From positions 39,805 through 103,804 of the IMG/VR virus record IMGVR_UViG_2933279956_000001: 64,000 bases of DNA; one strand, 5' to 3'. Positions 18,427 through 28,918 of the stretch are shown one piece after another. The translations under genes were made by a program, and so were the position numbers. The DNA is from a virus. Its lineage: Duplodnaviria > Caudoviricetes. The notes under the pieces were generated by a model. That model was not told the origin of the DNA. It saw nothing but the letters and a program-made list of their open reading frames with translations, and ran no database searches. Position 1 is the first letter of the stretch. Every line of letters begins with the position of its first letter.

Positions 18427-18823
18427 GGCCAGCCTCCTGACTGGTGCGGGCCTCGCTCGGGACTTCCAGCCGGAATGGGCCGTACAGATGGTCGGCCTGC
18501 GTGAGTCCTTTCTCGTCCTCGTAGCGGTGGCCAATCTCGGACGTGAGCGCGATGCCGAGGCCATCGTCGTCCGCGGCGTGAGCGAACCAGCGCAGACCAC
18601 CGCCGGTCCACACGTCGCCCTGCAGCGGCGGCCACAGCGCCGACGTCACCAGCTGATGCTGGTCAACAGGCTGGTTGCTGCTGAACATGAGCGAGAAGAA
18701 CTCGCCGGTGCTGCCCTCGACTTCGACCAGGACCATGGTCGGCTCGTCCGTGCCGGTCTTGGTGACACGACCGACGTAGGTGATCTTCACCAGGTCGCCG
18801 ACCTGGTAGACGGGTGCGGTCAT
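18419..18823 (-). CDS. hypothetical phage protein (paralog of previous gene)
   Basis: YQVGDLV, WPPLQGDVW, YGPFRLE. Confidence 0.6.
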   Translation of the reverse strand: MTAPVYQVGDLVKITYVGRVTKTGTDEPTMVLVEVEGSTGEFFSLMFSSNQPVDQHQLVTSALWPPLQGDVWTGGGLRWFAHAADDDGLGIALTSEIGHRYEDEKGLTQADHLYGPFRLEVPSEARTSQEAGRG

Positions 18824-19339
18824 GGTCAGCTCCTCTGCTCTTGGCGGTAGGCGAGGTTGTCGGCGTGCGTCAGCTGCTGCTCGGCCGGGTTCGCCGCGTC
18901 GCGGTACGGCGGGAACGTGGAGTACGGATGGGCGCGGTCATCAGCGGTGATCGCGTCCGTGTAGGCGAGGATCTCCTCGTCGGACGGGTGGCCGAACGTG
19001 GGGCGGCGGGCCATCAAATCTGCTCCGGCCGCTTGGGCAGCCGCTCACGGACGGCTTCGAGCAGGTCGAGGTCGAGACGGATGAGGTTGCTGCCGTTCTG
19101 GGCGCGGACCTGCTCCTCCAGGTGGGCGGTCAGGTGCCGGAGGGGGCCTTCGGTCCGGGCGGTGATCGCGGCGCGGACGGCGTCCATCACGTCCTTGCCG
19201 ACGACGATCAGGCCGCCGCTGCCCTGGGCGCGTGCGCCTTCCTCCAGGAGGGCGATCAGTTCGTCGAGAGGCATGTCGTGGGCCGCGCGCAGGATGCGGC
19301 GGCGCAGCAGCCCGGTTTCGGGGGTGCCCGTCGTGGTCG

Positions 19340-19699
19340 TCAACGGACACCCCCGGCGGGGGACGCGCTTACGGCTACAGCGTCGCCGTGGGGGGCGGTG
19401 CACTCCGCGCGGGCGTCAGGCGTGATGAGGTTGAGGAGGTCGAGCAGTGGCCGCCACGACACAGTTTTGATTGCGGAATCGCTTCCAAGAATGAGTGCGG
19501 ACTCGGCTTCGGCTGGGGCGGGTGCAGGCAGGTGGGCGAGCCAGGAGCCGTCCGGCCGGGCCGCGTACGCGATGTACGACGGCAGGCTGAGGCGGTGCCG
19601 CTGGTAGCAGACGATGACGCCGGCGGCGTGGACGGCGGTGATGGTCCAGGTGCCGCCGTCGGTGGTGAGGACGCGTTTGACGGGGTCGAGATGGGACAT
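19340..19699 (-). CDS. hypothetical protein
   Basis: GGAG RBS, operon position. Confidence 0.5.
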   Translation of the reverse strand: MSHLDPVKRVLTTDGGTWTITAVHAAGVIVCYQRHRLSLPSYIAYAARPDGSWLAHLPAPAPAEAESALILGSDSAIKTVSWRPLLDLLNLITPDARAECTAPHGDAVAVSASPAGGVR

Positions 19700-19724
19700 G
19701 TGGGCTCCGGTGTCGGGCGAGGGG

Positions 19725-20117
19725 CTATCGGATCGCGGGGTGGTAGGACTCTGCGAGCAGGCGGGTCACCTCAGCGCGCGGGATGAAGTGGCTGCGGGCC
19801 CCTTTGCTGCTATCCAGCGCGTTGGTGTGGATCAGGGCGTACACGTAGTAGTGGCTGACGTTGAGCGCTTCGCCGACTTCGGCGACGGTCAGGTGGTCGT
19901 CGTCGGGTTTCTCGGCGACCTTGGCGGTTTCGAGGTAGCGCACCAGTTCGGAGTGCGGGATGCGGCGGGTTTTGCCCTGCAGCTGGTAGTAGCTGATGCG
20001 GCGATCTTTCATGTGTGCGATGACCGTTTTGCTGGAGTAGCCGCTCGCGCGGGCGAATTCCGCAACGGTCAAGAGATCGACGTTGTCGGGATCATGAGAC
20101 GGAGGGGAGTCCCCCAT
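19725..20117 (-). CDS. tandem excisionase-type HTH (HTH_17) protein, Cro/Xis-like
   Basis: Two LTVAE.A..L..S...V repeats ending RIP..E / FIPRAEV; divergent from repressor. Confidence 0.75.
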   Translation of the reverse strand: MGDSPPSHDPDNVDLLTVAEFARASGYSSKTVIAHMKDRRISYYQLQGKTRRIPHSELVRYLETAKVAEKPDDDHLTVAEVGEALNVSHYYVYALIHTNALDSSKGARSHFIPRAEVTRLLAESYHPAIR

Positions 20118-20174
20118 CTCATGGTCATCAACTCCCTGATGATCATGGTGCTTGTCGTCTGCGGTCACTAGCAA

Positions 20175-20342
20175 ACTCTAGCGGTTTCTGCGATTTACCA
20201 ACAGTGGATCTGCACACAATTCCGCAGAAACCGCTATTTAAGGGTGATCTGTGCAGATCGTATGGGCGGAAAACGCAGAAACTGCTAGCCTGGCGCCCAT
20301 GGTCGCGCACCACCGCGAGGCCGCAGCCACTGGAGGACAGTC
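20175..20342. promoter_or_regulatory. divergent phage-type control region
   Basis: AT-rich spacer between divergent HTH genes, with GATCTGCAC/GTGCAGATC inversion and repeated CGCAGAA. Confidence 0.55.
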
Positions 20343-20843
20343 GTGGCCACCACGCGACCGCCCGAAGCCGAACTCATCCACACCCGCCGGATAGCAAGGC
20401 TCGAGAAACTCACCGTTCAAGAAGCCGCCCGCCGCGCTGAAGATCTCAGCGGTGAACGGTTCGCCGAATCCACCTGGCGGCTCATCGAACGCGACGGCAG
20501 CCGAATACCCGGCAAACTGGCCCTCATGGCCCGCGTTGTCGGCAACATCACCCCCGAGGACTTCGACGCCATCGGCAGACCAGACGCCGGCGACGCCCTG
20601 CGTCTGGACCAGCAGCAGCGCGAGGCCCCACCCAGCGTCACGGACGCGGTCCGCGCCCAGATCGCCGAAGAATTCCGCAGCTCCATGCCGGACGAACTGT
20701 GGGAACTGGCCCAGGCCTACAGCGACATCGACCAGCTCGACGCCTCCCCCGAGCAGCGCGCCGCGATGAAGGCGGCGTTGCGCGAACATCTCGCGTCCGG
20801 GCAACGCCTGCACGACAGCCACCTCAAGATGATCAAAAACTAG
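20343..20843 (+). CDS. XRE-like phage immunity repressor
   Basis: LTVQEAARRA...SESTW-like recognition helix (FAESTWRLIE), LA.MA.VVG.ITPE; GGAGG RBS. Confidence 0.7.
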   Translation: MATTRPPEAELIHTRRIARLEKLTVQEAARRAEDLSGERFAESTWRLIERDGSRIPGKLALMARVVGNITPEDFDAIGRPDAGDALRLDQQQREAPPSVTDAVRAQIAEEFRSSMPDELWELAQAYSDIDQLDASPEQRAAMKAALREHLASGQRLHDSHLKMIKN

Positions 20844-20856
20844 GGGTCTCCCCCAG

Positions 20857-21834
20857 TTAGCTTGCCTGGCTCAATGGAGAGTCCAGCGCAGGCACCAGCT
20901 TGTGTTGCGCCGCATACACGCCGAGCTGGAAGCGCGTGGTCACGCCGCACCGCTCCATCAGCGCCTCGATCCGGCGGCGAACCGTCCGATCCGAGAGCAT
21001 CAGGCCTCTCTGCAGCTGCCGATCCGACGCTCCGCGCGTGAGCAGCCACAAGATTTTCAAGTCCTCATCCGACATCGGCGCCTCGCTGGGCCGGGCCCCT
21101 TGGGCTACCGACCCCACCGGCATCGCCGCCTGCCAGCGTCGTTCGAACTGCTCAACGAGCACATCCATGATCGTGCCCGGACGAATCAGCAACGCAGATC
21201 CGTCTTCATCGGGGTGCCGGGCCGGATACTGCGGCACCATGCCGAGCTGCCGGTCGCCGATCACCATCTTGTGGTCGAGGTGCTTGGTCATGCGGATCTC
21301 GCACCCGATGCCTTCGGAGTGCTGCAGCCCCGCCACCGCGTCCGGGTCGTCGAGCACCTCCTCCTCCACGATGATGCGGCAACAGGCCAGATGAAGGTTG
21401 GGTATGCCGTCATTGCCGATCATCCGCTTGAACGGCGCCGTATGGAAGGCAAGTACCTCGGTGCGCGCCGTGTCATGGATGCGCTGGAACGCCTCTCGCA
21501 TCTGCGCCGGGTCCGCGAGCACATCGACACTCCCCTGCTCGACGGGCACATGGTTGGCCTGCAGAAACAGCTGATCCATGTCCGGCAGCAGAGCGCGGAG
21601 CCGCTCCAGCGCCGCCTGCCATTCCAGCATGGCGGGCGCCAGGCCCAGCGACGGTTTGCACGCCCGCACCGGGTCCACCCCCATGACGAGGCCCCGCTTG
21701 CGCAACGACGTCAAGGCTGCATGGGCCTGCTGACCGTACTGGTCCAGCAGGTCGGGCCTGGGCTGTGGCCCAGAAGCAAGGAGCAGGAGGTAGACCTCCT
21801 GCTCCAGCTGATCCAGCCCGAGAATCTCCAACAT
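20857..21834 (-). CDS. TrmB-N / LuxR-C transcriptional regulator
   Basis: LGLD..E..VY..LL N-domain; KMVIGDR; IL.LL..G.SD....R.L..S.RTVRRRI..LM...GV.TRFQLG. Confidence 0.85.
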   Translation of the reverse strand: MLEILGLDQLEQEVYLLLLASGPQPRPDLLDQYGQQAHAALTSLRKRGLVMGVDPVRACKPSLGLAPAMLEWQAALERLRALLPDMDQLFLQANHVPVEQGSVDVLADPAQMREAFQRIHDTARTEVLAFHTAPFKRMIGNDGIPNLHLACCRIIVEEEVLDDPDAVAGLQHSEGIGCEIRMTKHLDHKMVIGDRQLGMVPQYPARHPDEDGSALLIRPGTIMDVLVEQFERRWQAAMPVGSVAQGARPSEAPMSDEDLKILWLLTRGASDRQLQRGLMLSDRTVRRRIEALMERCGVTTRFQLGVYAAQHKLVPALDSPLSQAS

Positions 21835-22177
21835 TGAGCCCCCTGGTGTGCTCAGTTGTCCCGGACAGCGGCGGCCTTTCTGCGAAACCGGGCTGCGTGT
21901 TCGACCCCGAGCGCATACGCGGCCACCAGTTGGCGGCCCTCGACGTGCCGCCGCCAGGCGAGCACCGTCACGGGTACGGCTACGCCTGCCGACCACATGC
22001 TGATCTGCACGAGCGTCTGCCAGGGGCTGGCGTGCAAGGTGACGCTGAGCATGCCGGCGACGATCGTCGTGAGCCAGCACGCCGCCGCGGTGTTGGCCAG
22101 CAGCTGTGTGCTGCGCGGATGGTTCATGGGGGGCTCCAGGGTTCGGAGAGGAACAAGGGCTGGAACACGGCTGGCGA

Positions 22178-22513
22178 TTACCAGCCGCCGGTGTGGCCCT
22201 GCGGCGCAGCGGGCGCCGACGACGACGTGGCCGTCGTGGTGGTCGTGTACGTGACCTGCTTGACGGTCTTGGTCGTGAAGGTGCCGTCGGCGTTCTTCGT
22301 CGTGGTGACCGTCGTCGTCTCGGTGCGCTGTTCCTGCGGCGCCGTGGCGCTGTTCGCGGCCGGCTCCCCGGACGGGCTCGGCTCGGGCGTCTCGGTCTGT
22401 ACCGAGGTGGGGGCCGCAGACGGGTCTGGCTCCTGGGCGTGGGCGGCACCGGCCATGGAAGCGATGAGCACCGAGCCTGCGGCAATGGTCAGCAGGCGGG
22501 ACGCAAAAGTCAT
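22178..22513 (-). CDS. small secreted Thr/Pro-rich protein
   Basis: Signal peptide ending AHA-Q. Confidence 0.6.
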   Translation of the reverse strand: MTFASRLLTIAAGSVLIASMAGAAHAQEPDPSAAPTSVQTETPEPSPSGEPAANSATAPQEQRTETTTVTTTKNADGTFTTKTVKQVTYTTTTTATSSSAPAAPQGHTGGW

Positions 22514-22827
22514 GGATCGTTCCGTTCGCGAGAGATGAGGGGAAACGGCACAACGTCACCAGCAGCCCCCGACGTGTGCCAGCGAAGGGCCGTTCATGTT
22601 TCCTCGCAAGGGTAGATCCCTGTGGAGCGGATGTGTCAAATGTTGCACGTGACCGATTTCGGCGGGGCCGGAACCGGCCACGAAATACATGAAATAGGTA
22701 ACAATTCCGTCCCGACGCAGGGTGGGGCGCAGACGGTAGATTCTTCCGATGCGATAGTGGCCCCCGCGCGAGATAGGCCAGACCCCTATCTCGTCACACG
22801 GGGTGACGGACAAAGGAGCAAAGACGC

Positions 22828-23061
22828 ATGTCGCTCATGACGGGGGCCCTGGCCATCATCAGCGGAGCAGCGGCTGCAGCCGCACTGCTCACCTCGGCGC
22901 TCCTCACGCCGGGAGCGCTCGCCCTCGCTGTGTTCGGCATCTCGCTGCCCACGTGCACCATCGCGCTCCTGCGGCTGGCCCGCCACCGGCTGACGCCCGA
23001 AGATGCCTACCAGCAGGGTCTTCGCGAGGGCGCTCCGACGCAGCCGGATCACCCTCGCTAA
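22828..23061 (+). CDS. small two-TM membrane protein
   Basis: AAGGAG RBS, two hydrophobic segments. Confidence 0.55.
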   Translation: MSLMTGALAIISGAAAAAALLTSALLTPGALALAVFGISLPTCTIALLRLARHRLTPEDAYQQGLREGAPTQPDHPR

Positions 23062-23076
23062 GACGGCCTGGTGCTG

Positions 23077-23265
23077 CTACGGCAGCGCGAACTCGCCGTC
23101 TTTGGCGCCCAGCTCGAACGCCGTCCACTCCCGCTCGGTGAAGCGCAGCACCGGCCCGCCGCGGTCCTTGCTGTCGCGCAGCTCGACGACTCCCCCGGCG
23201 AGCCTGACCTCCACGCATCCCCCGGACTCCGAGTGGGGGCTCTTGCCCCAGTCGGGTGTTAGCAC
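23077..23265 (-). CDS. DUF397 domain protein
   Basis: WGKS.HS..GGCVEV...VELRDSK...GPVLRFT..EW.AF..G.K.GEF. Confidence 0.88.
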   Translation of the reverse strand: MLTPDWGKSPHSESGGCVEVRLAGGVVELRDSKDRGGPVLRFTEREWTAFELGAKDGEFALP

Positions 23266-24107
23266 GCTGTCTCCTTCATGATCTGTGCGATGAGGTCCGC
23301 TGACTCCGTGACCGTGAGGGCCTGCTGCGTCAGCACCCCGAAACGGCGCTCCCACTGGTCAACGTGCGGACCCTCCTCCATGATCGCAGCAGGGCCTCCC
23401 TCGCAGTACAGGCGGGTCGGGAGGTCAGGAGCCGTCAACAGCACGAACGATCCCATCAGGCCGGCGTGCTCGTGCACCTCGGCCGGCATCACCTGGACGG
23501 CGATGTGCCGCTCGCGGCCTGCGGTCAGGAGCCGCTGCAGTTGCTCGCGCATCATCTGCGGGCCACCGAGGCGGGCACGTAACGCGTGTTCACCGACGAC
23601 GACCTCGAGGTCAGGCGGATCATCGCACCCCAGAATCCACTGGCGGGCGATGCGAGCGCGGGCGATCATGGCCACCGTGGACGGCTCGTCCCACGGGTGT
23701 ACGGCGGCGATGACGGCGCGCGCGTAGTCGCGGGTCTGGAGGAGGCCGGGAATCAGCTGGGGCTGCCAGGTGCGGATGAGGCGGGCCTCAGTCTCCAGCG
23801 ACACATACGGCACCGGCAGGACGCGTTCGTAGTCCTTCCACCAGGATCGCTGGTGGGCTGCGGCCAGCAGCTGCAGGCACTCGGTCCGGATGGGTTCGTC
23901 GGCGCCGACGCCTAACGCGTCGAGGAGCCGGTGGACATCGCCGGCCATGACGCGTTTGCGGCCAGTCTCCAGGGTGCCGACCTTCGCCGTCGACCACGAC
24001 ACCAGCTGGGCGACCTCGGCAAGCGTCAGCCCCCGCTCGATTCGCAGGCCGCGCAGGCGCTGCCCGAGCATCTCCAATCGGAGAGGTGGGCTAATACGCG
24101 TCGGCAT
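23259..24107 (-). CDS. XRE-family regulator with DUF5753 domain (XRE-DUF397 pair)
   Basis: N-terminal HTH; WW..Y; IPGLLQT.DYARA; MREQL..L. Confidence 0.9.
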   Translation of the reverse strand: MPTRISPPLRLEMLGQRLRGLRIERGLTLAEVAQLVSWSTAKVGTLETGRKRVMAGDVHRLLDALGVGADEPIRTECLQLLAAAHQRSWWKDYERVLPVPYVSLETEARLIRTWQPQLIPGLLQTRDYARAVIAAVHPWDEPSTVAMIARARIARQWILGCDDPPDLEVVVGEHALRARLGGPQMMREQLQRLLTAGRERHIAVQVMPAEVHEHAGLMGSFVLLTAPDLPTRLYCEGGPAAIMEEGPHVDQWERRFGVLTQQALTVTESADLIAQIMKETAC

Positions 24108-24290
24108 GGCACCAGATTGTTCCGCCTCAGATTTGTCGGCATAAGGGTGCCCTGCACATCTTGATGTGGATGTGACAGAAATTCTGCCGAAGCGGTAAAC
24201 CATCGTGCCTGTTTGCGCGTCTGGAATTGCCGCTATGGCACACTCTCGGCCGGAAGGTCGTTTCGCTGCGCAGACGAAACGGCCTTTCCC

Positions 24291-24710
24291 CTATTTCTGA
24301 CCTGGGCGGAAGTGCACCTTGTGCCCATCGGCGGCGAGCAGCCGCACGTCATCGCCCTCCTCGACGATCAGCACCGGCACACCCGTCGCGGGGATGCCGA
24401 GCTCGCGGGCCTCGGCCGGGTCCGGCATCCGCGCGGACACCCACGCCTCGCCGTTGATCTCCACCTCGACCTGGTCGACCGGCTCCACAACGAAGCTCCC
24501 GCGGCCCTTCTGGGTGCGGATGAGACCTTCGGCACGCAGGACGGCCAGCGCTTCCTCGACAGTGGCGACGCCGACCTCGTGCTCGGCGGCCAGCTGGTGC
24601 AGGGATCTCAGCTTCACGCCCGGCGCCAGCCTGCCCGACTTGATGTCGTTGCGGATCACGTCAGCGAGCTGACGGAACAGGGGCCGGTCCGCGTGCGGGT
24701 CGAGAGTCAC
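24291..24710 (-). CDS. GntR-family regulator
   Basis: PLFRQLADVIR..I..G.L.PG..L.S...LA....VG..TV..AL..L..EGLI....GRGSFV. Confidence 0.88.
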   Translation of the reverse strand: MTLDPHADRPLFRQLADVIRNDIKSGRLAPGVKLRSLHQLAAEHEVGVATVEEALAVLRAEGLIRTQKGRGSFVVEPVDQVEVEINGEAWVSARMPDPAEARELGIPATGVPVLIVEEGDDVRLLAADGHKVHFRPGQK

Positions 24711-24727
24711 ACAGGAATCGCATCAGG

Positions 24728-24772
24728 GCTATAGCGCCGTCCTACTTTAGCGTCTAAGCGCTTTAGCGCTAA
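24728..24772. promoter_or_regulatory. putative GntR operator cluster
   Basis: Repeated TAGCG / TTAGCGCTAA palindromic motifs between the GntR gene and a divergent operon. Confidence 0.5.
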
Positions 24773-24817
24773 GGTTGACGAAAACAGCGAAACCCGAGAC
24801 CGGAAGATCACTACCCC

Positions 24818-25877
24818 ATGACTTCCCGCGCGCCAGCCCCTCATGTGAAAGCACCCGTCTATGAGCCGATCCCGCAGTTCCTGGTGCGGCTGTACGGCCC
24901 CCGCCAGTGGGTCGCCGTCTGGCCCAGGACCCCGTGCCCGGCCTGCCGGATCCGTGTCCGGCGCATCCGGGCCGTCTGGGCGGCCGAGTGGAAGCGCCCC
25001 CTGGACGCCATCGAGATCGCCAGTGACCTGCCTCAGCGGATCACCTCCTCCCTGTATGTCGGCCTGCAGGCCGAATGCGCTTTCGCCCGCATCCGCCGTA
25101 ACCTCGTCGCGGCTGGTCGGCGGCGGCCATGGTGACCTCTGCCTCCGACTGGGTGAGCACCTTCTACGACGACCCGGCGCAGGCGCAATCCATGTGCGAC
25201 CTGCTCATGAGCGTCCATCCCGGATGGGTCATCTGGCGTGGACCTGACCGGTGGTGGCGGGCCCGCCGCCGCTGCTGGCCGGGCCACGCCCTCGACTGGA
25301 CCAGCACCCGGGCGGGCGTCCTGAACTACTGCATCCACCTGGACGAAGCGACCCGCGTGACGGCGGCCGCGGGCCCCGCTCGTGAACCCCACGCCTGGAC
25401 TGCCCGTGGCTGCCGGGACGAGGTGAGGTAGCCGTGGCCACGCCCACACCGGAGCCGCAGGACTCATCGGCCGAACCCGAACAGGAGACGCCGGCACCTG
25501 CCGCGCCTGTGGCGAGAAGACCGCGGAAGCCGAAGGTTGTGTCGGCTGCGCCGAGCATCGCAGCGGGCTTCACCGCGGTGCGCGCGGCGGATGGAAGGAC
25601 TGCCCACATCTTCCGAGATGGCAGGAAGTGGACCCGGCGCAGTTGGTCTCTCGATACGCCATGGGATGAGTCCGTGCTCAGATTCCTGATCGCTGAACTG
25701 AACTACGACCATGGCGGTCGGGAGGCTGCGCGCGGCCAGCGACGCGACCACACGTTCACGCAGAGGGAAATCAAGGCCGCCAAGGCGGCGAACATGGACC
25801 TCGTGCACGTCGAGCGTGAGCTGAGAAAGGCCGCCTACTCGATGCTGCTCTACATGATCCGCGGCGGCAGCGACTAG
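24818..25877 (+). other. three-gene operon of hypothetical proteins (24818-25135, 25129-25431, 25434-25877)
   Basis: Coupled ORFs divergent from GntR. Confidence 0.55.
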
Positions 25878-26271
25878 CTGCGGCCCACACGCGGAACGGC
25901 CCCAGCCTTCGCGGGGAAAGCTGGGGCCCGCCGCAGCAGGTAGTTGTGACACTCACCCACCTTTGCCGGACTTTACGCCTTCTCCTTGGCTTCGGCGACC
26001 AGCTCCGCGACCTTACGCGGAGTCATGCCCGTGATCTCCTGGATGCGCAGGCGCGGCACCAGTGACTTGCCTTCCGCGTTGGGAACATCGACCGGCGGCC
26101 CCGTCACCTTCACGATCGCGGCATGCCACCGCGCCTCTGCCTCCCGGTAGAGGGCGGTCTCCTGTTCCAGGAACGTCTCGGCGGCTTGGCGCTGATCCGC
26201 TGGTGCAAGCCGGCCGGGGTTGGGCGCCATGGGGCGCCGGGGCGCGTTCATGGCCACATCGTAAACGAAGC

Positions 26272-26895
26272 TCATTGCGATTCAACCTCGACCATTGAGG
26301 TGACTTTGGCGAGGTATTCGTCGTCGGTCCACAGCGCGCTGCAGCCGCCCACGCGCACATCGCATTCGATGTAGGTTTCGCCTGACGTGCGGATGAGCGC
26401 CCGCAGATCGCAGGACGGGCACGGACCGTCAAGTTCCACGACGTGCACGCGCCACGGCGCGAGCCGGTGCGCGACGCGCCGCAGCTCGTCCAGCTCCGCG
26501 CACATGTCGTCGATCCACGGCCGGGTGGTGGCCCAGTCCACGTGCCGCTCCAGCCACGGAGCCACCTCGTCCACGGTCGTGACCGCCGGGTACGTCAGGC
26601 CGCGGTGCTCGGCGATCAACCACACCCACGACTTCAGCACATCGCCGATGCGGGCCTGGTGGTCGATCACGTCGATGCGGACCGGCACCGGCGCATCCCG
26701 CGAACCGGAAACCTTCGGCCCGGCGCCAGCGCCGGGGGCGAGGTGGTGGCCCAGCCACCGCTGCAGCGTGGGAGTGATGCCGATGTCGCGGCGCAGGCGG
26801 CTGGTACAGCCTGCACAGATGAGCCGGCCGGTGTCGGCTTCGCGAGGTCCTTCTTGCCCGCCGCAGCGGGGCCCGATGCACAGCGATGTGGTCAA
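26272..26895 (-). CDS. phage Zn-finger protein (late-regulator-like)
   Basis: ICAGC..RLRRD; KVSGSR..P.P; GPCPSC...C....C...W. Confidence 0.65.
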   Translation of the reverse strand: MTTSLCIGPRCGGQEGPREADTGRLICAGCTSRLRRDIGITPTLQRWLGHHLAPGAGAGPKVSGSRDAPVPVRIDVIDHQARIGDVLKSWVWLIAEHRGLTYPAVTTVDEVAPWLERHVDWATTRPWIDDMCAELDELRRVAHRLAPWRVHVVELDGPCPSCDLRALIRTSGETYIECDVRVGGCSALWTDDEYLAKVTSMVEVESQ

Positions 26896-26976
26896 GCGGC
26901 GTCCTTCCCGTGGGCGAGGCCCGAGCCGTCATTCTCGGATGCGTAAATGCTTCCGAGAATGACGGCTGTTGACCAG

Positions 26977-27369
26977 CTACGATACGTCCTCCTCGGCGGC
27001 GGCTCGTAGCGCGGCCACGATCTCTTCCAGTGTGCGCCCAGCCACGTCGGCCCACTGGTCCGCGATCGTGCTCATGAGCCGGTCGTGGAGAGTTCGGCCG
27101 TCGGACAGGCCGTGCCGGATGAGGTAGTCGGCGAACTTCTCCGCGGCGGTCTCCGCGGCGACGCCGTTGGGATGCTGCGTCCACAGGTTGCCGGGAAGGA
27201 TGTCGCAGGCAAGAGCGATCGCGCCGATCGGGCATACGCGGCAGTTGCGGATGTCGACGCCGCCTTCCGCTTGACGGTGGTCTACGAAGAAGCCTTGGCA
27301 GTGGCCGTTGGCCTCCTGGATGTCAGCTGCACGGGCGAGGACGGCCCGCCAGTTCAAGTCGAGTTCCAC
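26977..27369 (-). CDS. DUF6197-like protein
   Basis: VL.RAAD.....G.CQG...C..GAI...W.D..GRT.EE+VA.LR.AA. Confidence 0.65.
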   Translation of the reverse strand: MELDLNWRAVLARAADIQEANGHCQGFFVDHRQAEGGVDIRNCRVCPIGAIALACDILPGNLWTQHPNGVAAETAAEKFADYLIRHGLSDGRTLHDRLMSTIADQWADVAGRTLEEIVAALRAAAEEDVS

Positions 27370-27433
27370 CGTGTTTCCTTTCTCATTCGGGCGGCCGGCC
27401 GGGCGGCGTCGGCCGTGGTGGTGATGCGGGCGC

Positions 27434-27910
27434 TCAACAAGGCGTCTGCTGGGTGAACCAGGCCACGATCTCCTCGCGCGGCATCGTCCATTCCTCACCC
27501 CATCGGGCGACGAACTCCTCCTTGAACGCCTGGTAGTGGATGGGGTGCACCCGGGTGCCGTCGTCGCAGGTGCCGCAGCTCATGATGAGCTCGGGGTCGA
27601 CGGCGGGCGCCTGGTCGGGGTCGTACGGCTGTTCGGTGATCTCTTCGGTGGCTTCGTCGAAGGCGAGCACGATCTGACGTGTTCCTGCGCAGGCCGTACA
27701 AGTGGCGGCATCGCCGAGGGCTGCCATCAGCAGCGAGCGGGCGCAGTCAGCTGCTCCGGACCCGAGGTAGCCCCAGCTGAGGCCCGTGGGTGAGTGCCGG
27801 GGCAGGTGAGTGACGACGCCGAGTTGCTGCCCGGCCTCGTCCTCGACGGCGATGAACGAGCCGCCGATCTCGCGGCGGTAGCCGTGGTAGATGACGTCGA
27901 GGCTGGTCAT
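27434..27910 (-). CDS. DUF6166-like protein with inserted Zn-ribbon
   Basis: HSPTGLSWGY.GSG.A..A..LL; YQAFKEEFVA; CxxCxG insert. Confidence 0.7.
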   Translation of the reverse strand: MTSLDVIYHGYRREIGGSFIAVEDEAGQQLGVVTHLPRHSPTGLSWGYLGSGAADCARSLLMAALGDAATCTACAGTRQIVLAFDEATEEITEQPYDPDQAPAVDPELIMSCGTCDDGTRVHPIHYQAFKEEFVARWGEEWTMPREEIVAWFTQQTPC

Positions 27911-28302
27911 GACGCTCCAGAAACGGGTGTGCCGGGCGGGCTCAGGTGGAACTGGGCGGTCAGCATGGCGACGATCTGGCGGGCGGTCTCCCGGTCGGCG
28001 TCGGGGTCGTGCTCCTCGATGGGCGTGACCTTCGTGATCCGGGAGTCCTTAGCGTCGAGGTCGAACTCGTCGTCGACGGCGAACAACTCGGGGTACGGTC
28101 CGGGGTCGAAGTCCTCTTCTGCGGCCCTTTCCGCGCATTCGCTGGCGGCGCGGTAGATGGTCACGGGGTTCTCATGCTGGCCATTGACCGTGGTCGAATC
28201 GATGGACACGGAGGTGTTGTCGCCGTCACGCGTGAGGCCGAGCAGGCCGACGACGTGCTGGATCTCCTCGCGAGTGATGTAGGCGCTGATGTTGGTGCTC
28301 AC
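27907..28302 (-). CDS. hypothetical acidic protein
   Basis: Coupled operon gene. Confidence 0.55.
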   Translation of the reverse strand: MSTNISAYITREEIQHVVGLLGLTRDGDNTSVSIDSTTVNGQHENPVTIYRAASECAERAAEEDFDPGPYPELFAVDDEFDLDAKDSRITKVTPIEEHDPDADRETARQIVAMLTAQFHLSPPGTPVSGAS

Positions 28303-28312
28303 CGGCGGCGGC

Positions 28313-28549
28313 TCACTGCTTGTCTCCTGTCAGGTCGGTGAGCGCCTCGACGAGCGTGGCCAGCCGGCCAGCGCCGAACTGCGGGATGTCGAGCAGCTGG
28401 TCGTAGGTGCGGGCGGCGAGGTCGCCGATCGTCTTCACACCCTCGGCCTTCAGCGGCTTGGTGACGTGCCACGTCAGCGTCGGCAGCGCCTCCTTGATGG
28501 GCGCGCTGTGGTCGAGGCCGGTCTTGGCGATGAGGTCGGCGAGGGTCAC
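28313..28549 (-). CDS. stand-alone RNA polymerase alpha-CTD-like HhH protein
   Basis: LKAEGVKTIGDLAARTYDQLLDIPQFG matches the alpha-CTD signature LKR.GI.T.GDL...TE.DL..I.NFG. Confidence 0.7.
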   Translation of the reverse strand: MTLADLIAKTGLDHSAPIKEALPTLTWHVTKPLKAEGVKTIGDLAARTYDQLLDIPQFGAGRLATLVEALTDLTGDKQ

Positions 28550-28860
28550 AGCTGCTCCCAGACGCCGGTGTTGGTGTTGAGGTAGCGGATGGACGCCGAG
28601 CCGGTGTCGGCCTTGGCCCAGTCGAGCGGCTTGAACCACAGCTCGCCGCCCTCCTGGCCGGGCGGGACGATGATGCGGCCCGCGTAGTCGAGGTTGCCGT
28701 CGCCGTCGTAGAGCGTGAAGTGACTGCCCTGTCCGCTGCGGAGCGCGGCCCGGAGATGGTTGCGCTCGGCGCGGGTTCCGCTGCCGCGCACGTACATGTG
28801 GCCCTTGTAGTTGCCGCCGCAATGGTCGGCGGTGATGATCCAGCCGTAGGGACTGGCCAT
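28546..28860 (-). CDS. hypothetical phage protein
   Basis: F.LYD.DG.L.Y.G motif, PLDWA...G. Confidence 0.6.
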   Translation of the reverse strand: MASPYGWIITADHCGGNYKGHMYVRGSGTRAERNHLRAALRSGQGSHFTLYDGDGNLDYAGRIIVPPGQEGGELWFKPLDWAKADTGSASIRYLNTNTGVWEQL

Positions 28861-28918
28861 GATCGTTCCCTTCTGAAGGTAGACGCGGCGGGAATGCACG
28901 ACCCCCGCCGCCGGGTGG

